From NCBI GenBank assembly GCA_963719225.1, contig CAVRAY010000001.1:1408001-1472000 (forward strand): a stretch of DNA of 64,000 nt, read 5' to 3'. This document shows, in pieces, positions 1 to 12,000 of the stretch (positions within the stretch are counted from its first letter, which is position 1; every line of letters starts with the position of its first letter). A program made the position numbers and the translations under genes. Under the pieces are notes generated by a model. The model was not told where the DNA came from and did not search any database. It saw only the letters and a list, made by a program, of their open reading frames with translations. This stretch comes from Thermoanaerobaculia bacterium. Its GTDB lineage: Bacteria > Acidobacteriota > Thermoanaerobaculia > UBA5066.

Positions 1-3000
1 GGGCCGGCGGGCTCGGGCCTGTCAGCGACATTCGCCGCGGGTGCGCTCTCGTCTCCCGTCGATCTCGGCGTGCGCCTCACCGCGCTCTCGGGTCAGGGGC
101 TGCCCGAGCCGCTTCCTCTCGGCTGGACGCCTCTCGCCGCGGCCGAGCTGCGCCTTGTCCCGGGCGGAGTCGGCGACGACGCCCTTCCGGAGGGAACGGG
201 CACGCCTTTCACGGCGAACGCCGTCCACCTCACCTTGACGTTGCCCTCCGGCGTCCCGTCCAACGCGGAGCTCTTCGCCGCGCGCTACGACGTCGCCGCC
301 GGGGCCTGGCTCGCGCTCCCGATCCCGGTGCGCGCGACGGGAGCGGGCGGAGCCGACACCGTGACCGTCGCGCTCGCCGGGCCGGGACCGGTCGCCGTCA
401 TCGCTCCTGATGTCGATCCCGCGACGCGACCCCCCGTGATGCCGACGTCTCTCGACGCGCCGCTCATTGGGACGGACCTGCCTTCCGTTCTGCCGGCTCT
501 GGCGGCGGCGATCGGCCTCGATCCGCCCATCGTCTCGCCCACGGGCCGCGCGACCGCGCGCGTTCTGGCGCGGTCGGCGGACGGCACGACGCCGTGGCCC
601 AGCGGCCTCGCCGTACAGGCGTACCTCGACGAGAAGCTCATCCTCTCGGGCGGCGGCGAGCTCTACGAGGCGCCGTTCAGCTCGGACCTCATCCTCTATC
701 ACCCGCCGCTCGCGCCGGCCGACGTCGGGGCCACGGCGCCCGGAGCCGTCGGAAGCCTGACGTTCCGGATCTCGCCCAGCCCGCGCGCCGCGCAGGTGCT
801 CCTCGACACGGGCTACGAGAACGTGCGTCTCTTCCCGTTCACGGACCAGCTCGAACGCGGACAGGTCCTGGGACCCGCGGGCGGCTCGGTCTCATCCCCC
901 GACGGAGTCGAGCTGTTCGTTCCCGAAAGCGCGCTCGCGCAGAAGGCCGTCGTGCGCGCCCGTCTGCTTTCGTCCTCGGAGCTCGCGGCGCTCCCGGTGC
1001 CGGCGGGCTACTCGCTCGTGGCCGCCGTGCGCGTGGACCTCTCGGGCTTCCCGCTCGCGCGCGGCGCGACGCTGAAGCTCAACGCGCCCGCCGGCCTGCC
1101 GGCGGACGCGGTCGACGACCCCCGCCTCGTCCTCGCCTCGTTCGTGGATCAGCCCGACGACGGCCGCGGGGCCTTCGCGCGGGTGGTCGCGCGCGTGGCC
1201 CTCCTCCCGGCCGCGGGCTCGGTTCCGGCGAAGCTCGTCGGAGCTCCCGAGGTCTCGGGCTCGACGCTGCCTCTCTCCGGCATCACGGGGGAGGGCGTCT
1301 TCCTCTTCCTGCATGCGAACGCGCCTATCGGCTTCGTCACGGGGCGCGTGACGGCGCCGAACGGCGCGGGTTACGCCGGCTCGCGCGTCACCACGCCGGG
1401 GCTCGGCACGGCCGACCTCTCACAGCCGGGCGGCCTGTACGCCCTGAGCGCGCCCGCGGGCTCGCCGACGCTGAACGCGCTCCACCCGACGCTCGGCGTC
1501 TCCGGCACGGCAACCGTGCCGTCGCTCCCGAAGGGCCAGATCGCGCAGATCGACATCATCCTCGCGCCCACGCCGCCGCGAATCGTCTCGCTCCAGCCCC
1601 CCGCGGGTGCGACGAACCAGCCCGTCGGCACGACCGTCGCGATCCTCTTCTCGGCGCCGCTCGATCCCGCGAGCGTCACTCAGACCGTGCTCACCGTAGA
1701 GCTCGCAAATACGGACGGTACCGGGACAGGGCTCCTCTTCGGCGGCAACGTCGCCCTTTCGTCCGACCGGACGACCGTCGCCTTTTCGTCTGCGCGTCCG
1801 CTGCCCCCGGGGCGGACGATCCTGGCGAGCCTCAAGGGCGGAATCCGGAGCTTCGACGGAACGCCGTACGCCGGCACGCTCCCGGTCACGTGGACCTTCA
1901 CCACCTCCACTGCCTTCCTGCCGGGCGGAAACATCCATCCCGAGAAGATTCGATTGCTACTGCCGGTGAACGGCACGGCGCAGATCGTCGGCGCCGACAG
2001 TGCGCTCCCGCTCGTCCTCGGAGGAACGACACCTTGGTCCGTATGGGCCGACGTGGACGGCGCCCTCGCGTGCCCGTCGATCACGACGTATCCCGCGAAC
2101 ACGAACGGCGGCTTCACCGCGACGGTCGGCTGCCCGCCGACGGCCAACGTCACGCTCTCGAGCCGGGTCTTCATCCACGTCCTTGATCCCACCGGCACGC
2201 AGGCGGCCACATGGCGACTCGGTCCCTTCGTCACACCCGACGGCACGGGCTTCGTGGCTCCCCCCGGCGAGGAAACGGTCTTCACGACGATCGACGGGAT
2301 CCAGGTGACTTCGCCCGCCGCGGCGTTCGACGTACCGACGCTCGTCAAGGTCACGAAAAAGCCGGTGGACTCCCTCGGTGTTGCCGTGAATCCCGGTCTG
2401 GAGATGGCCGCCGTCCTCGACGTCGACTTCGAGGGCACGGCGCACGAGACGCTGCGGCTCAGAATTCCCGTCGTAACGGCTTCGCCTGTCGGCGGCGTTG
2501 TTTTCGCAGGCAAGCCGATCGATCTCCCGTGGGGCCGCAAACTCCAGATTCTCGACCTCGGCCGCCTCGTCGACGACGGCAAGGGCGGCAAGCTCATCTC
2601 GACTCTGGAAGCGGACCAGCCGGAGGATTCGGCGCCTGATGCGAGCACCCCTGCCTCGAGCGCGATGGCCGGCTCCGGCCACCAGGCGCTGGGAGGGAGG
2701 CGGGCTCAGGCTCTGCCGAAGAAACTCCTGCAATCCATCGCGCTCGAATTCACGGCGCGGGCCACGGCCGGCTTCATCATGGGTGCGACCCTGGAGCTCT
2801 CGGCGATCACGGGGCACGTGGAGCCGGCCATTGTCGGCGCGACATTCTTCGTCCTCTATAACGCGCTCGCCGACGCGATGGTCTTTCAGGCGGTCGCAAA
2901 GAACTGGAACGGCCGATTCGTGCTGCCGAGCACCGGATCCGCCTTCACGATCGTGAAGCGGGACCTCGCGACCGGCTGGATTCTGAGCGAGAAATCCTAC

Positions 3001-6000
3001 TCTGCGATCGCTCCGTCGCCCGGGAGGTTCGTCAACCTGGGCGACCTCGAGCCGGCGGCCACGGACCCGCCGAGGCTGATCGACGCCAGCCCGGTCGCCG
3101 TCATACGTTTCAAGGCTCCGACGGTTCTTGCCGGAAAGGAAGAAAACCTGCGCCTCCGCTTGGATGTCGAGGCGCACAGCACCGACCAGGACACGACGTC
3201 GCTTCGGGCCGTACCTGGCGAAGTCCTGCCCGACCTCAGCACCGTCGAGCTCTACAACCTTTCGCAGACGAGCCGTGCGAAGGCGGTGGTTCAGGCCGGG
3301 GATTTCAACGTCGGCCCGCTCGGGGCGAAGTCGGGCGAGGATCTCCTCGCCGCCGTTTCTCCGTCGGACGTGGATGCCGATGACCTCTCCGAGCTCTCTT
3401 TCAGCTTCAGCAGGCCACTCGCGAGCGTCGCCGACCCGGCGACCCTCGTGACCCTCACCGATTGCGGTGAGCTGAACCGCTCGGCGCCGGGGCCGCCGGC
3501 CTGCCCGTCTCCTCTTCCCGTGCCGCTGAACGTGACTCAGGAGGCGAACCGCACGCGCTTGAGGGCCGGCCTCTTCGGGCCTCTGGCGCGCGGGCACCTC
3601 TACCGAGTGGAGCTGAAGAGCCTGACCTCGGACAGCACACCCTCCCTGGCGTACCCGCCTACGGATCCGACCGTGTTCTCGTTTGCCACGCGTTCGGGAC
3701 AGTCGGGTCCGATCGGCAGCACCGTGGGCAGCGGCGTTCTCGCGCTGGGCGACACAAACTCGGCGCGGGACCTCCTGAAGTTCGGGAATCTCCTGCTCGT
3801 CGGTTCGGCGTCGGGAAAGCTCCTCGCGATGGACGCATCGGATCCCGTGAAGCCGGTGCTCTTCGCGCGGCTCGCACCCGAGGCGGGCGACCAGTTGCGG
3901 GCCTTCGCGAGCGACGGCCACAACAGGCTCTTCTACAACACGAGGTTGGGCGCTTCGTGGGCCGTCAAGGCCGTCCGGGTGGAGGATGTCTGGCAGGCGC
4001 TTCCATCCACGTGTCCCCAGGGGCTTCCGTCAGAGCCCGCATGGTTGACGGCACTTCCATGCTTCGCGGCAGTTCCGGGCGGCGTCAAATCAGCGTTTGC
4101 GCTCGGGAGCACGACAGGCCTCACTCCCTCGGAGTTCCTGACCCTCACCGGCTCGTTGCCCACGGGAACTCCGTCGGACTTGCAGATCCTGGTCGACGAC
4201 GACACGGTTGGTCCCTACCCCCTTGAAGAGTTCTTCGACAAAGTTCCGGGATCGGGCACCCCGCCCTCGGGTCCGCCCTCCTCGCCGGACCAGTTCTACA
4301 GCATCTCGCTGACGATCAACACGGCGGGTCACGTCTTCGATCGCGGCGCCGGGATATGCGGAGAACCGGGGTTCGACAAGAAGCAGCGCGTGACGATCGA
4401 CGACCTCACGACCGGGCAGAGCTGGTCCGTGGACGTGCCGAATCCCTCCACAAGCGGCATGAGCCTCGCCGTTGCGATTCGGGCCCGGAAGCGGGACCAG
4501 ATCCAGGTCCGCTACAACAAAACGGCCATCGGGTACCTGGCGATCGTGGGCAGCGGCGTCTCGGCCTTCGATCTGAACCGGTTCTACGACACGCTGACGC
4601 CCGCCACCGGCGGAACACAGGGAAACAAGAGTGAGTGTGGCCGCCGCCTTGGCACCTTCGAGGGTGCGGGAATCTCGTTTCCCACCTGCGGGCGCGTCAC
4701 ACCGGACAGCCTTGCCTTCACGCCGGCTCTTGCAGTGGCGACGGGCAAGGGTTTCATCGACGTCTTCTCGGTGCTGACCCATTTCGGGGCCGGCAATCTC
4801 GTCGCCGCATCGGGAGGCCCGGGGTCGCTTCAGGCGATCGAGATGAAATGCCTCGTCGACACCCTGCCTGCATCAACGCCCACGACTCCGGCGCCGAGCC
4901 CTTCCTACCGCGCCGTCACGCTCGCGTTGAACACGATGTGGATCGATCGACACATCAGCCCGGGGCCCTCTCCCGGCTCGTTTGTGGGACCACAGACCCC
5001 GGTGCCGCCTTCCGGCGTGCGGGGCGACCTGGCCTTCTACTCGCTCGGACCGGCCGGGATCGACGTCTACGACGTGACGGGTCGGGGCAGCATGGCGCTC
5101 ATTGGCCGCTTCTGGGCCAAAGACCACACCGTTTACCGACTCGCTTCGGACGCAGCGGGCCGCCGGCTTTTTGCGGGCGGGCAGGACAAGAACGGGAACC
5201 CGATCATCGATGTCTGGGACATCTCGCAGGCCAATGGCGGCCCGAGCAAGGACGGAGTCTTCCCGGACCCCGCGGGTTCGGCGGATACCCGATTGCTCTT
5301 CACGCTGAAGGCGCCTTGGGATACGAATCACATCGGTCTCGAGGAGAGCACCGGCTTCCTCTACACGTGGGGCGTCAACGGTCCGGGTGTCGAAGGCGGC
5401 TTTGTCGTGCCGACCCGGGACCCCGGATTCATCTTTAGCGGCCTCTACAGGCCGGAAAACGAAAGCCGCGCGGCAGGAGCCACACCACTGCCGAGCGTTC
5501 AGGTGGACACGCAGGACCTCGTGCCGCTCGGCGTTCAGACGCAGGTTTCCACGGCTGACGAAGCGGATCCCGAAAAATCGAAGGCGGATGAGCGCACCGC
5601 GACGGCGGCGTTCAAGGTCCGGATATCGCTGCCCGGCACTCTCGGCGAAAAACTCGTGGCGAAGGTTCAGACTCTGCGGTCTCTTCCGGACGCGAGGTTC
5701 CTTTCGAAGGACGACGTCGGACCGCTTGTCGCGGCGCCGGGCGGCGGAGGCTGGCCGGAAAGAGATGTCTTCGTGACGCTCCGGAGGCTCGTGCCGGTAG
5801 CCGGAACGAGCTCGGATCGCCTCCAGCAGCCTTTCAACCTCTACGAGTCCGACGAGGTCGTGCTTCTCCTCGCCGACCCTCGTGCCAAGCTCGCCTATTG
5901 GAAGAGCAAGCAGGGCCTCAAGTCGCCGGCCCAGGTCGCAGACGAGAAAACCCAGTGCCGCCGGTGCGGCCGGCCGTCGTATCTGCCCAACGACACCGGC

Positions 6001-9000
6001 AACACGGAAATCCCCGTCAAGGAACTGCTCGCCGCGGGCCCGTGGGTACGCGCCTATCTCGCCGAACCCCCGGGCGGGGACGCGCCGACGGCCGCCGCCC
6101 TCGACTTCTTCCGCCAGCAGGGAGATAACTTCCCGGCTCCGTCGGGCGCCGTGCAGGTCTCCGGCCACGCGGACGAGGTCCCCTCTCCCATCCAGATCTC
6201 GCTCGCCGAGCCCGCCCTGAATCCCGCGGTCTGGAGCGCCGAGGCGGGGACGAGCGTATCGCTCGTCTCGGGCGAAGCCATCCTCGCGGCGACCGATCAC
6301 GCCGTTGAAGGCCGCGGCGTCGGGTTCGTCTTCGACCGCACGTATCGGTCCGGAGTTCTCGGTTACGGGCCGCTCGGAGCCGCGGGGTGGAACTCGTCCC
6401 TCTTCGCCCACCTGCGAATGCTGCCTCATACGGGCGAGATGGAATTCCACGATGGCGGCGGACGCGTCTGGAAGTTCTCGCCGCCCGCGCTCGGCGGATG
6501 CGTGGACGTGGACCATTACGAATCCGACGGCGCCTTCTGTATCCCGAAGGGTCTCTACGTGAAGGTCGAGGTCGTCGGGAACGGCGCTGCATTCCGGCTC
6601 GTGGGCCGAAACCACGACACGATGCTGTTCGACTCGAACGGGCGTCTCCTGGAGCTTTCGGACCGGCACCGTCGGGGCGCCTCGGACCCCTCCTCGCAGG
6701 GCAACACGCTCTCGCTCTTCTACGACGGAGCCGGCTACCTCGTCCGTGCCGAGGACGAGCTGGGTCGTTCGTACAAGTTCACCTACGATCAGAAACCGCT
6801 CTTTTCCGGCGGAGCGGAGAACCCGCAGTACGGCCTCCTGACCAGGATCGAAGATTTCGCGACGCCGCCGCGCGTCGTGGGATTCATCTACGACGATCTG
6901 CGACGCCTGTTGCAGGTCCAGCTCCCGGACGTGACGAGCTCGATCGCGGGCTCCAGCTACACGCAACCGACCGTTTTGTATCACTACGACTTCACGAAAG
7001 CGCTGCAGGACACCGCACCTCTTCACGGGCCGGACTTCCCGAAGTTCAAGCTCACCGGCTTCCGCCTCCCCGACGCCGGTGCGGATCGCGTGACGCTCGA
7101 TTACGTTCCCGAGACCGGCCGCGTGACGTCGCTAGCGGTGCCGCCGAGCCCGCCGAACAGCGGCACCGTCGCCTGGCAGTTCCAGAATCCCGACCCGTCC
7201 TCCGATGCGGGCCCGCTGAACGGTATTTCGCTCGTGGCGCCGTGGCAGCTCCGGGCCGACTACACGTTCACGTCCGGCCGGATCAACACGGTGAGCGAGA
7301 CGGTCGAGACGCTGCGCGGCACCGACCCGTCCCCTCCCGCCGGCTCCGATCCGCCCGCGGTCGCTCTGACGACGACTTACGTGTATCTCGACGACGGGAG
7401 GATCGACCACATCACGTGGCCGGACGGGCACGTAACCCGTCAGGATTACCAGGGCACAGACCGGCTGGAGAAGGCGAACGTGAGCCACGTGATGGCCGAG
7501 GCCGGTGGGGCGCCGACGGGGACCGCTCAGCACGGAACCCCGACCAGCGAGATCCGGTCCTACGTGGACAACATCCCCGAGACGACGGCCGACCCGGAGG
7601 GGCGCGCCGTCACGAGCGCCGTGTCGGTCCCGAGCGGGAGCGCGAGTCCCGGCTACGACGCGGCGCCCGGCCAGACAGCGGTCAGCGGCAATTCCAAGTA
7701 CGACCCGTTCGGACGCATGAAGGAGTTCACGGGGGCCGGCTCGAACGGCACGCACGTGACGATGGGCTTCGGCAAGGATGCGAAGGGCAGGCCGGATCGC
7801 GGCTTTGCGAGCGAGATCGCGCGCGGTGCCGTCAAGGAAAGCCTGAAGTACGACGAGGACGGGATGGGTCCGCGTGGAAACGTCACGACGCGCGAGACGA
7901 GCTTCCAGACGTCCAGCAAGTACGAATATGACGAGTGGGACCGCCCCGTAAAAGAGACTCTGGGCCTCAGCGCGAGCGGCGACTTCGACGCGGTTCCGGA
8001 CGCGATCGTCACACGCGCCTTCGATCCGATCGGACACCTGAAGGTCGAGCGGCGCCGACAGATGGATCTGGACAACGGCGAGGTCGAGACCGTTTACGAA
8101 TACAACGACCGCGAGCAGCTCGTCAGCGTCACGGTCAACAACCTGGCCCAGGCTGCGCCGGGGCAGACTTCGGGCCTCGCGACCGGCAAGACCAGGTATT
8201 CGTACAACAGGTCCGGGCAGCTCTCCGACGTGACGAGCCCACACGGCGTCACGACGCACTACGAGTACGACGCGGCGGGGCGCGTCAAGAGCGAGCAGGT
8301 CAGCTCTTCCGGCATTCGAAAGCGCGCCTATGACGAAATGGGACGCACCGTCTGGATGACGGACGGAGACATCGGCGTCTGGCGCGGCCGCTTCGACGCG
8401 TGGGGCCGGATGTACCAGGAAGACCTGCCGACCGGCGCCTCCATCGAGCGGGAATACGACGCGGCCGGTGGAATCAAACGCGAGACGACGTTCAGCGGCG
8501 ACCCGAAGTCGGCCTCCTCCAACAAACTCGCGGAGACGCTCGCTCACGTGACGAGTTTCGGCGCCGTGAACGAGGTCCAGGAAATGCTCACGGCTTCGCC
8601 CGCGTCCTATCGGGTCACGTTGAAGCAGTACGACGGCTCCGGCCGGCTCGCCGGAGTCACGAGCGGCCCGACGGACGCGATCCAAAGGACCGACCTGACG
8701 GTGCAGTACGACGATGCAGGCCGTCCCGTCGTGCAGACCGACGGCGGAAACAACGAGACGCACCACGACTACGGCGGCACCGCGCCGTGGCCGGTGCGCA
8801 CATTCGTCCTCGAGGCGGTGCCGGGAAGCCCGAGCAGGCCGAAGACCGTGGAGAGCGAGTTCCGACGTGACGCGTTCGGGCGCGTCGTCAAGGAGACACG
8901 TTCGAGCGGCGGCACGCTCGTCTCGATCGTCCAAACCGGCTACGACCAGGTCGGGAACGTGAAGAGCGTCGAATCCGGAATCGGCAGCCGCAGCGAATAT

Positions 9001-12000
9001 CTCTACGACGGCGCCGGCCGCCTGATCAAGGAGACCAGGCCGACCGGGGGCTCGACGAAATACGGTTACGACCTCGATGGCCGGGTCAAAGCCCGCGTGA
9101 CGGCGCAGGGGGGTGCCTCGGTCAGCGAGACGGACTACGGCTACGACGGCGCCGGGCGACTCGCGTCCATCCTGCGTCCGGACGGCACGACCGAGTCGTT
9201 CACGTACAACGGCGACGACACCGTCGACATGTGGACGAACCGCTCCGGAATCGTCGTCACGCATCGCTACGACGCGGCGAACCGACTCATCGGCCGATTT
9301 CCGGGCTCACGGCCAGCGGGTTCGAAGGTCGTGGTCGACGGCGGCGACACGTACGACTACGACGAGGCCTCGCGACTAAGGGCCGCGGACCGAATCGACA
9401 CGCCGACGGGCGCGCCTGGCGTCTTCGCCGCAAACGCTGCCGCGCGAGCCGCGTTCACGGGCTACGACGCGGCGGGCCGGCCCGCCGAGGAACGCATCGG
9501 CGCGCGCGACGCCCTCAAGCGCTTCTACGACACGTGGTCTCGTGAGGTCGCGGTGGGCGTGCCGGCCGGAGTCGGCCGCCACGGCGTGGGCTCGTTTTCC
9601 GGATACACGCGCGACTTCGACTCACTCGACCGCCTCGTGCTCATGACCGCGAACGCCGGCGGGCCGAAGCTCGGCGCGCGCTGGGATTGGGGCGGGACGG
9701 CGCGGCTCTATGGCATCACGACCGACAACGCACTGAAGACAGCGCACCGGATGAGCTACCTCGGCTCGGGTCTCGGCGCCCAACCGGGAGGCACCGTCGC
9801 GACCCCGTGGCAGCTCGGCACGATCTCGGTGGCGTCGGCGGACCCGAAGCAGCCCGTCACCGACGAGCCGACGACCCTGTGGGGTCAGTTCGGGTTCGGC
9901 TACCGCACGGGCGACGGCGTCAAGCGCGGCCGCGAGGTCATGGATCGCCAGACCGGCAAGCCCAGCCTCTTCTCGAATCAGGGCTGGTCGTTCACCCCCG
10001 ACAACGGTCTCAGGCTCCAGACCGCCGAGGCCGGCCGGGGCACCCGCGACGGCTCGTCGGCGCCTTCCATCTTCGAGAAGTTCGACGTGACCTATGGTCT
10101 CGGCGACGAAGTGAACCTCCTGTCGAGAGAGGGAGGCGCGAACTCTTCGACGCTCCTCGCCACCGGCGCCGAAGGCCGCATCGCGAAGCGAAACGGCATC
10201 GGCTTCGAGCACGACCTCGAAGGCAGAAGGCAGAAGGACGACCGCTTCAGCTACGTGTGGAGCTGGAGGGGAGAGCTCCTGTCCGTCACCGTCAACGACT
10301 GCTGGCCTGCCGAACAAGGCTCGCAGCCCACGTCCGGCTGTCCCGCCAACCAGTACGGCTCTCCCTACGCCAAACATCAGATCCGTTACGAATACGACGC
10401 TCTCGGAAGTCTACTGGCCCGCGAGCACCTCGGCGCGCAAGCCACGCCCGGCGACGACACCACGCGCTCCTTCATCGAAAGGCGCGAATACCTCTGGGAC
10501 GGCTCTCATCTCATGGCCGAGGTCGGAAAAGCTCAGGACGGCACACTTCGGTGGAGAAAGAGCTACGTCCCTGGAGCCTCGGGCCTGGACGACGCCGTCC
10601 AGGAGAGGATCGAGATCTACAGCCTCTCGGGCGTCGACGTCGTTTCGGACACGCTCTACACCTTCCTGAGAGACGAACAGAACTCCGTCGTCGCCCTCGT
10701 CGAAGAGAAAGTCGGAGCCGACCCAGCAAGCCCGCCCACCCCCGTCCGCTACCACTACAGCCCCTACGGCGAAGCCCACGCCGAAACCGGCTCCGAGCTT
10801 CTCTTGACCCGCTTCGACTCCAGCCTTCACGGCGTCACGAAACCCGACGGCACCACCGTCTCGCAGACGACCGCAGCTGACGCCGTCGACGGAGGAATCC
10901 GGCTCACCCTCACGCTCCCTCCCGACCCCTCGACCCTGGCCGCGGCCCTGCTGGTCGAAAAGAGAAATACCGACGGCACCTGGGGAGCCCTCAACGCGGC
11001 CGACCTGGCCCTCGGACAACGCGCGGGCGCCCCCGAAGAGCTCGAGCTCCTACCCCTGACGGGCTTCACGAAGGGCGCCACCTATAGAGTCGGATTCCAG
11101 AGCCTCAAGGACACGCTCGGCAGAACCGCAACCCTCCCGAACTTCGCCCTCGACATCCCGACGGACGGCACGCCCGTCCTTCTCGACAGAACCTACCCCC
11201 TCGTCTACGACAGCTACTTCGCGTCAGGGACGACCGCCTCAGGCGCATTTCCCGGCGGCCAGAACCTCCTCTTCCAGGGCCTGTGGACAGACCCCGTCAC
11301 GGGCATGGGCTACGCGAGAAACCGCTGGTACGACGCCAGAAACGCCGTCTGGCTCTCCCAGGATCCTCTCGAAGACAAGGACTCCCCGAACCTCTATGGC
11401 TTCGTCGGCGCTAGACCGCATGAACTAACTGACCCGATGGGAACTTGCGCGGAGCTCGATGACATTCCGTGCGGCGAGTACCTCAAGGAGTTCGGTGACC
11501 AGTTCCTCTTCCAGAACCTGTGGGAGACGACGAGGAGATCAGGGCGCTTCCTGCTCGGTGAAGGAAAGGGAGCGGTCAAGGCTGTTCCGAATCTGGCGAA
11601 GGGCGTCGCACATGTGGCGATGCATCCAGTGAAAACGATTCAGGCGCTCGGCACCGCAGCTGGTGAGGCAATCGCTGACCCGACGGGAACGGCGAAGCGG
11701 CTCGGCAATGCAGTGATGAACGCGGATCCCGACAAGGCGGCTGAATTCACTGGCGGTGCGCTGGCCTTGGCTGGGCTTGGCGCCGCGGCAAAGACCACGG
11801 AGGGCTTGGCAGCTCTTGGTCGACTCGGAAGGGCTGGTGAGGTCGTTGAAGCGGTAGATGCTGGCTCCAGCCTCGCAAAGTATGGTGACCTCGGTTACGT
11901 CGAGGGACTGGCTGCGAGAGCGAGCCGATTCGCGTTGAGGCGAGCCCAGGCAGGGGGAGCGACAGGCCGAGTCGCCGGGAGAAGAGCAGAGGAAATATTC

